Shown here one piece after another: positions 59,202 to 64,000 of a stretch of 64,000 nucleotides of DNA (position 1 is its first letter; each line of letters opens with the position of its first letter). Both the position numbers and the translations under genes were made by a program. The DNA comes from an uncultured Muribaculaceae bacterium (lineage in GTDB: Bacteria > Bacteroidota > Bacteroidia > Bacteroidales > Muribaculaceae). The notes under the pieces are model-generated. The model was not told the origin of the DNA, ran no database searches, and saw nothing but the letters and a program-made list of their open reading frames with translations. Where the stretch lies: contig CAJGDJ010000005.1 of NCBI GenBank assembly GCA_904502025.1, forward strand, positions 5,002 to 69,001, in the 5' to 3' direction.

Positions 59202-59996
59202 TTAGACTGCGACTATTCCTTTGATATGTGGATGTGGGTCATAATCCTCAAGCTTGAAATCCTCATATTTGAAGTCAAAGATGCTTTTTACATCAGGATT
59301 AATCACCATGCGAGGAAGTTTGCGTGGCTCACGTGACAACTGCTCTTGAATTTGTTCAAAATGATTATTATAAATATGAGCATCGCCAAGAGTGTGAACA
59401 AAATCACCAGCTTCAAGACCTGTAACCTGTGCTACCATCATAAGCAACAACGCGTAAGATGCAATATTAAATGGCACACCGAGGAATGTATCGGCACTGC
59501 GTTGATAGAGTTGAAGACTCAACTTACCATCAGCCACATAGAATTGAAAAAATGCATGACATGGAGGAAGATTCATATTAGGAAGGTCGGCAACATTCCA
59601 TGCACTCACAATTATGCGACGTGAGTCGGGATTATTTTTAATTGTCTCGATGACCTCCGAAATTTGATCGATATGACCACCATTATAGTCGGGCCATGAA
59701 CGCCATTGATAGCCATAGATATGCCCTAAATCACCATTCTCATCAGCCCATTCATTCCATATTCTCACACCATTGTCTTGAAGATACTTTGCATTAGTAT
59801 CCCCCTTTAAGAACCACAATAATTCGTGTATAATTGATTTGAGGTGGAGTTTCTTTGTTGTGAGCAATGGGAAACCATCGGCAAGATTAAAACGCATTTG
59901 ATAACCAAACACACTTCGTGTTCCTGTACCGGTTCGGTCACTCTTTTGAGTGCCATTTTCCATAATATGGCTCAATAAGTCAAGATACTGTTTCAT
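59202..59996 (-). CDS. thyA: Thymidylate synthase
   Basis: Starts at MKQYLDLL and has the ...PPCH active-site Cys region ([11 protein letters not shown]). 264 aa. The 72-codon upstream extension in the track ORF covers repeats and the promoter box and is not coding. Confidence 0.93.
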   Translation of the reverse strand: MKQYLDLLSHIMENGTQKSDRTGTGTRSVFGYQMRFNLADGFPLLTTKKLHLKSIIHELLWFLKGDTNAKYLQDNGVRIWNEWADENGDLGHIYGYQWRSWPDYNGGHIDQISEVIETIKNNPDSRRIIVSAWNVADLPNMNLPPCHAFFQFYVADGKLSLQLYQRSADTFLGVPFNIASYALLLMMVAQVTGLEAGDFVHTLGDAHIYNNHFEQIQEQLSREPRKLPRMVINPDVKSIFDFKYEDFKLEDYDPHPHIKGIVAV

Positions 59997-60013
59997 AATA
60001 ACATTATTTTTTA

Positions 60014-60021
60014 CAAAGATA
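60014..60021 (-). promoter_or_regulatory. -7 box TATCTTTG for thyA-folA
   Basis: TAnnTTTG, 17 nt upstream of ATG 59996. Confidence 0.55.
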
Positions 60022-60187
60022 GTGCAAGCCGAGTGCAAATGCAAATTAAGCTTGCTTAAATTTGTTTTGCCGAGGCGAAGCCTATCTAAGACGATGTCAA
60101 CGTTAGTGCAAATCGAGAGCAATAACAAAAATAAAACTTGTTTTAATTTTGTATTGCCGAGATGTAGCCTAAAAGAACAGAATGACA
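60020..60187. repeat. ~84-bp imperfect tandem duplication upstream of thyA
   Basis: Both units start with TAGTGCAA..CGAG.GCAA (60020 and 60104) and contain TGCCGAG..G.AGCCTA (60068 and 60155). Confidence 0.6.
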
Positions 60188-60256
60188 CAATGAGCAGAAG
60201 GGCATAAGACAATTAAATATCGTAGGGACAAATATACAGTCAACCAAAATCAGGAT

Positions 60257-60319
60257 ATTAGAGTCCTTAAAGTCGTTAGTGACCTTAGAGACCTTAAAGA
60301 CCTTTACGACTCTAAAGAC
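60257..60319. repeat. 9-bp tandem array, 7 units
   Basis: Plus-strand units are ATTAGAGTC, CTTAAAGTC, GTTAGTGAC, CTTAGAGAC, CTTAAAGAC, CTTTACGAC, TCTAAAGAC. Confidence 0.85.
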
Positions 60320-60333
60320 TTCGATGCCATGAG

Positions 60334-60372
60334 CACAAAAACAAAGCGAGCATCCCATGAGGATTGCTCGCT
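60334..60372 (-). terminator. Terminator after the RCC1/LRR cargo gene
   Basis: Stem AGCGAGCA(A)TCC/GGATGCTCGCT followed by TTGTTTTTG on the minus strand. Confidence 0.75.
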
Positions 60373-60424
60373 CGTATTAATTTATAGGAACTATATTTCC
60401 TATAGTTTTCTATTTATCTGCTAA

Positions 60425-63148
60425 TTACTTAACAAGAACTTTAGATGCTTTGTTGCCTTGAACTTTGATGAATACACCATTTTCAGGGTTAATAACTTTT
60501 ACACCTTGGAGGTTGTAGAATTCAACAGAAGCATTGTTGCTATCGATTTCAATACCTTCTACACCAGCTTCGCTTGCTTTTACAAGGTTGAATTTAGCCC
60601 ATTTAGTGTTAGCTTTGAATGAATCGAATGCTGCATCAGGAACGATGATTGTGATATCACCAAATTTCACATCAAATTCATCGAAGATTGCTACATAAGC
60701 AGGAGCTTCTTCACCATAGTAAGATGACCAGTCAACAGTTTTCATTGAAGTACAATCGTCAAACATGTTTTTGCTCAATTTCATTGCAGAAGCAAATGTA
60801 ACTTTTTCGAGTGAAGAACAGCCTGAGAATGCATATTCAGAGTCAGTAAGGCTTACACAGCCAGTCAAGTCGATTTCTTTTAAGCCTGAACAGTTGAGGA
60901 ATGCAGAGTTAAAATCGCCAAATTTAGCAGCTTCAGCTACGCTTGGGAAGATTATAGTGTTAAGAGCACGACAACCAAAGAACGCACCAGTATTAGAAAG
61001 ACCAGCAGGAACATAGAGGTCAGTCATTGCAACAAGAGTAGCTTGGCTCATATCAACAACTTCAAGAACATCGTTACCAGCTTTAGGGAAGCCCATGTTG
61101 TTACCGATAGCATTAGTCAAAGCAGTGAATGATTCAGTGCTCCATTCGCCAGTGAGGACAATTTTCTTAGCGTTTGCAAGTGAAGCAGGAATGTTGTTTG
61201 CACCAAATTTGAATACACCTTCTTCAGGTTTAGCGATAGTAAGTTTGCCCCAGTTAGCATCTTTTACGAATGCGTCGTAAGCAGCAGAAGGAACAGTAAC
61301 TGTGATAGCTTTCAAATCATTGATGTATTGGAATGCATCGCCACCCATTGCAGGTGCAGAAGAACCTTCGTAAGAAGTCCAATCGATTGATTTGAGTGAT
61401 TGACAGTCGCCAAACATAAATTTACCTATAGAGATGTAAGCAGGAAGAACTACGCTTTCAAGAGCAGCACATTTGTCGAATGCACTTTCAGTTGCAGATG
61501 TGATTGATTCGCAGTCAGAGAGGTCGATTGAAGTGATAGCACATTCATAGAATGCGTCGATGATAGAAGTTACGTTGTTGCATCCTTTCAAGCTGATGTT
61601 TGCTAATGTGCTACAGTTTTGGAATGCTGAGCGGAGGCTTGAGAAGTTAGAAGCTTGGTCTTCAACTGGCATAACCACTGTGTGAAGAGCTTTCAAACCA
61701 CGGAATGCTCCATAAGAACTTGCACCGATTGTTACATATAATGAAGCTCCAGCTTCGATTTCAGCTTGGCTCATGTCAATAACTTCGATAGAGCTATTAC
61801 CTGCAGGAGGGAAACCTGCGTTGTTACCAATAGAAGCAGAAAGGTTAGTGAAGTCGTTAGTGCCCCACACACCCGTAAGAATGAGTTTCTTAGCAGCTGC
61901 AAGACCTGAAGGAATATGTTGTGCATCGAAAGTGTAAACACCATCACCTGATTCTTGACGTTTTTCGCCAAGTGTGATAGGAGTTGTAGAGAATGTCATT
62001 TGATCTTCTGAAGAATGGTCCCCAAGTTGGCCTGCACGATTGTTACCCCAGCCAATGATTTTGCCATCTTCAGTCAAAATTGTAGTATATCTTTGGCCAC
62101 AAGCGATTGATTTTACAACAGCACCACCAAGGTCGATTTCAATTGGTTTAGCTTCAAAAGGAATATTGCTCAATTCAGATGAAACACCTTCGCCATTACC
62201 AAGTCCGCCATCTGCATTTGACCCCCACGCATATACTTTAGTGATTACACCATTTTCACCAACACCTACTACGCGAACATTTTCGCAACCCGACATAGTA
62301 ATAACTTTGCCAGGAATGTCGATTTTAACAGGAGTTTGAACATAGTGAATTGAAGTGTCGGCAATACCGAGCATGTCAGCATCGTTAGCACCCCAAGCCC
62401 ACAATGAACCATCTTTTTTGATACCGTATGAGCTACGGTCAACAGCAAATACTTCAGCCCAATCAGTGTCAGTGCCGATTTGAGTAGGAGTTTTTACATT
62501 TTGAGGAAGAGAAGTCAACTGATCGCAGTCGTTGAAACCCCAGCCCCAAAGTGAGCCGTCGTTTTTCAATGCGATAGTGTGAGAGTTACCTACGCTTGCT
62601 TGTTTCCAATCGGTGTCAGTACCAATTTGTTTAGGTTTTGATTGGTTAGCATAGTTGCCAAGACCAAGAGCACCCATTTCACCTTCTCCCCAAGCCCAAA
62701 GTGTACCATCAGCTTTCAAACCGATTGCACTACGACCAAAGAAGCGAGTAACAGCAACTGATACCCAGTTATTATCTTCACCAATTTGAGTAGGAGATTT
62801 GTGGCTAACACCATCACCTACACCTTGAATTCCTTTAGAGTTATCACCTACAGCCCAAATTGTGCCATCTTCTTTAATAAAAAAAGCATATGCTTGACCT
62901 GAAGAAACGCATTTCCAGTTTGTTTCAGTGCCTACTTGTTGAGGAACAGCTGTTCTTTCAACTCCGCCACCGATACCGAGCTGACCACTTTCGTTCCAGC
63001 CCCAAGCCCAAAGTGAACCATCTGCTTTAATTGCGTAAGTAGAACCATCGCCCGCTGTAATAAACTTCCAAGTTTCAGTTTGAGCCGATGCACTTACAGT
63101 CATTGCCAAACTACAAAGAGCAAAAACAAGTTTTTTCATAATTTTCAT
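60425..63148 (-). CDS. T9SS cargo made of a seven-blade RCC1-type beta-propeller, two duplicated BspA-type leucine-rich-repeat modules and a short C-terminal sorting signal
   Basis: Seven W[AG]WG.N..GQLG-like repeats in aa ~45-375. Two ~220-240-aa paralogous modules start at GVYTFDAQHIPSGLAAAKKLILTG and GVFKFGANNIPASLANAKKIVLTG and carry F.NC..L..I.L LRRs. The C-terminus VEFYNLQGVKV..GVFIKVQGNKASKVLVK matches the 1303-aa protein. Confidence 0.75.
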   Translation of the reverse strand: MKIMKKLVFALCSLAMTVSASAQTETWKFITAGDGSTYAIKADGSLWAWGWNESGQLGIGGGVERTAVPQQVGTETNWKCVSSGQAYAFFIKEDGTIWAVGDNSKGIQGVGDGVSHKSPTQIGEDNNWVSVAVTRFFGRSAIGLKADGTLWAWGEGEMGALGLGNYANQSKPKQIGTDTDWKQASVGNSHTIALKNDGSLWGWGFNDCDQLTSLPQNVKTPTQIGTDTDWAEVFAVDRSSYGIKKDGSLWAWGANDADMLGIADTSIHYVQTPVKIDIPGKVITMSGCENVRVVGVGENGVITKVYAWGSNADGGLGNGEGVSSELSNIPFEAKPIEIDLGGAVVKSIACGQRYTTILTEDGKIIGWGNNRAGQLGDHSSEDQMTFSTTPITLGEKRQESGDGVYTFDAQHIPSGLAAAKKLILTGVWGTNDFTNLSASIGNNAGFPPAGNSSIEVIDMSQAEIEAGASLYVTIGASSYGAFRGLKALHTVVMPVEDQASNFSSLRSAFQNCSTLANISLKGCNNVTSIIDAFYECAITSIDLSDCESITSATESAFDKCAALESVVLPAYISIGKFMFGDCQSLKSIDWTSYEGSSAPAMGGDAFQYINDLKAITVTVPSAAYDAFVKDANWGKLTIAKPEEGVFKFGANNIPASLANAKKIVLTGEWSTESFTALTNAIGNNMGFPKAGNDVLEVVDMSQATLVAMTDLYVPAGLSNTGAFFGCRALNTIIFPSVAEAAKFGDFNSAFLNCSGLKEIDLTGCVSLTDSEYAFSGCSSLEKVTFASAMKLSKNMFDDCTSMKTVDWSSYYGEEAPAYVAIFDEFDVKFGDITIIVPDAAFDSFKANTKWAKFNLVKASEAGVEGIEIDSNNASVEFYNLQGVKVINPENGVFIKVQGNKASKVLVK

Positions 63149-63180
63149 AGACTGATGTTTTATATTTAGTTATTAATAAA

Positions 63181-64000
63181 TTATTTTATGATTACTTTAT
63201 GAGCAATGCCTTGAGGACCTTTCACTACATAAATGCCGTCTGCAACATTGTTGAGGTCAATTGAGGTTTCGCCTTCAACAACTGATTCTGATGCTACAAC
63301 TTTGCCAGATAAATCATATACGTAAACTTCACCTGCAATAGCAGTGTTTATGTTGATAGTTTTACCTACAACAGAAACTGAAAATTCGTCAGCTTTATTG
63401 ATAGTTACATTTTCAACACCTGCTTCAGAAATGCCTGAACGAATTACAGGGCAGATAGCAAATGTAGCGTTTCCACCACCATAGCTTGCTACCGGACGCA
63501 TATAGTCGCTATCTCCTTCTTGGCGTGCAAATGAGTTATGTGAAAGTAGGTTGCTTTGCTCTACTTCATTCATTTTTTTTCCTTTAAGGTCGGTTAATAG
63601 GCAGAGGTCATCACTTGAAGGGTCGTTAGAGAATCCTTCGATTGAGATGAAGAAATAAGGTTTTCCGTATAGGTCGATAGGCTCATCGAGTGTGATATTT
63701 GCCACAGCTCCATCATAAGTCAATGCCCATGCTCCATTTTCACCGTCAGATTTAATGTCGGTATATTTTAGGTAAGCACCATTCAAAGGCATTGCAGTCA
63801 AAATCATATAAGAATCAGTGATAGTGGGCAACCACACTTGTACAGTGAGCCGAGCATCTTCCTTATATTTAGTTGGCTTTCTGTAGAAATAGACATTGAT
63901 GCCATCAAGGTAAGTATCGTCTTGTCCTACCATAAACAAGTTACCCCAACCTTTAATGTTTTTAGCGTTTGAACCGCCAAGGAATCCTTCACCTTCGCCA
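63181..64000 (-). CDS. T9SS cargo of unknown function. Only the C-terminal part is present; the gene continues past the window end.
   Basis: The reading frame stays open upstream of the listed Met to position 64000. It has a canonical type-A-like CTD (...EVYVYDLSGKVV...IDLNNVADGIYVVKG...HKVIIK). Confidence 0.65.
   Translation of the reverse strand, partial: GEGEGFLGGSNAKNIKGWGNLFMVGQDDTYLDGINVYFYRKPTKYKEDARLTVQVWLPTITDSYMILTAMPLNGAYLKYTDIKSDGENGAWALTYDGAVANITLDEPIDLYGKPYFFISIEGFSNDPSSDDLCLLTDLKGKKMNEVEQSNLLSHNSFARQEGDSDYMRPVASYGGGNATFAICPVIRSGISEAGVENVTINKADEFSVSVVGKTININTAIAGEVYVYDLSGKVVASESVVEGETSIDLNNVADGIYVVKGPQGIAHKVIIK

Noticed and set aside
59997-60212. 72-codon N-terminal extension of the thyA ORF in the track
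   Set aside because: It covers the TATCTTTG promoter box and the 84-bp duplicated repeat region. Thymidylate synthase homology begins exactly at MKQYLDLL (ATG 59994-59996).
60143-60358. 71-aa ORF containing ...KVFKVSKVTNDFKDSN
   Set aside because: The peptide repeat is simply the in-frame translation of the 9-bp tandem DNA array. The ORF spans a terminator hairpin and has no credible start context.
1-64000. Prophage, integrative element or transposon content
   Set aside because: No integrase, transposase, recombinase, phage structural or conjugation genes were recognised in any frame. The two tRNA genes show no flanking direct repeats suggestive of att sites.

Overview
Chromosomal segment of a Bacteroidota (Bacteroidales-type) genome. 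The assignment rests on SusC/SusD genes, type IX secretion (T9SS) components and cargo, and the Bacteroidetes TAnnTTTG -7 promoter box in front of about 20 genes. There are about 48 protein genes and 2 tRNAs, densely packed. The housekeeping backbone is der-era, yceD-rpmF-fabH, tyrS, a DEAD-box helicase, xseAB, an acyl-CoA ligase, an AspC-type aminotransferase, patB-aroA, relA/spoT, tsaE, birA, ribE and thyA-folA. There are five surface or accessory blocks. (i) A susC-susD-susE-susF-like cluster with no enzyme or regulator gene beside it. (ii) A TolB-like gene translationally coupled to a 1303-aa T9SS cargo whose N-terminus looks like an intact MurNAc-L-alanine amidase. (iii) porW/sprE and porX embedded in a same-strand string relA-pgpH-porW-porX-tsaE-birA. 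(iv) A GH31 glycosidase. (v) A seven-blade RCC1 propeller / BspA-type LRR T9SS cargo, followed by another cargo gene at the right edge. The intergenic DNA carries several repeat families. One is a ~170-nt hairpin-rich REP/MITE-like element, present as two near-identical copies plus diverged and inverted copies. Another is a ~260-bp tail cassette shared by the two large cargo genes, made of short CTD coding, a hairpin, a terminator and a 9-bp tandem array. Others are duplicated motifs flanking thyA. I recognised no CRISPR array, integrase, transposase, phage or toxin-antitoxin genes. The best candidates for something undescribed are the TolB-like/amidase-cargo pair and the shared cargo tail cassette with its 9-bp arrays. 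All functional calls come from motif recognition by eye and need profile searches to confirm.
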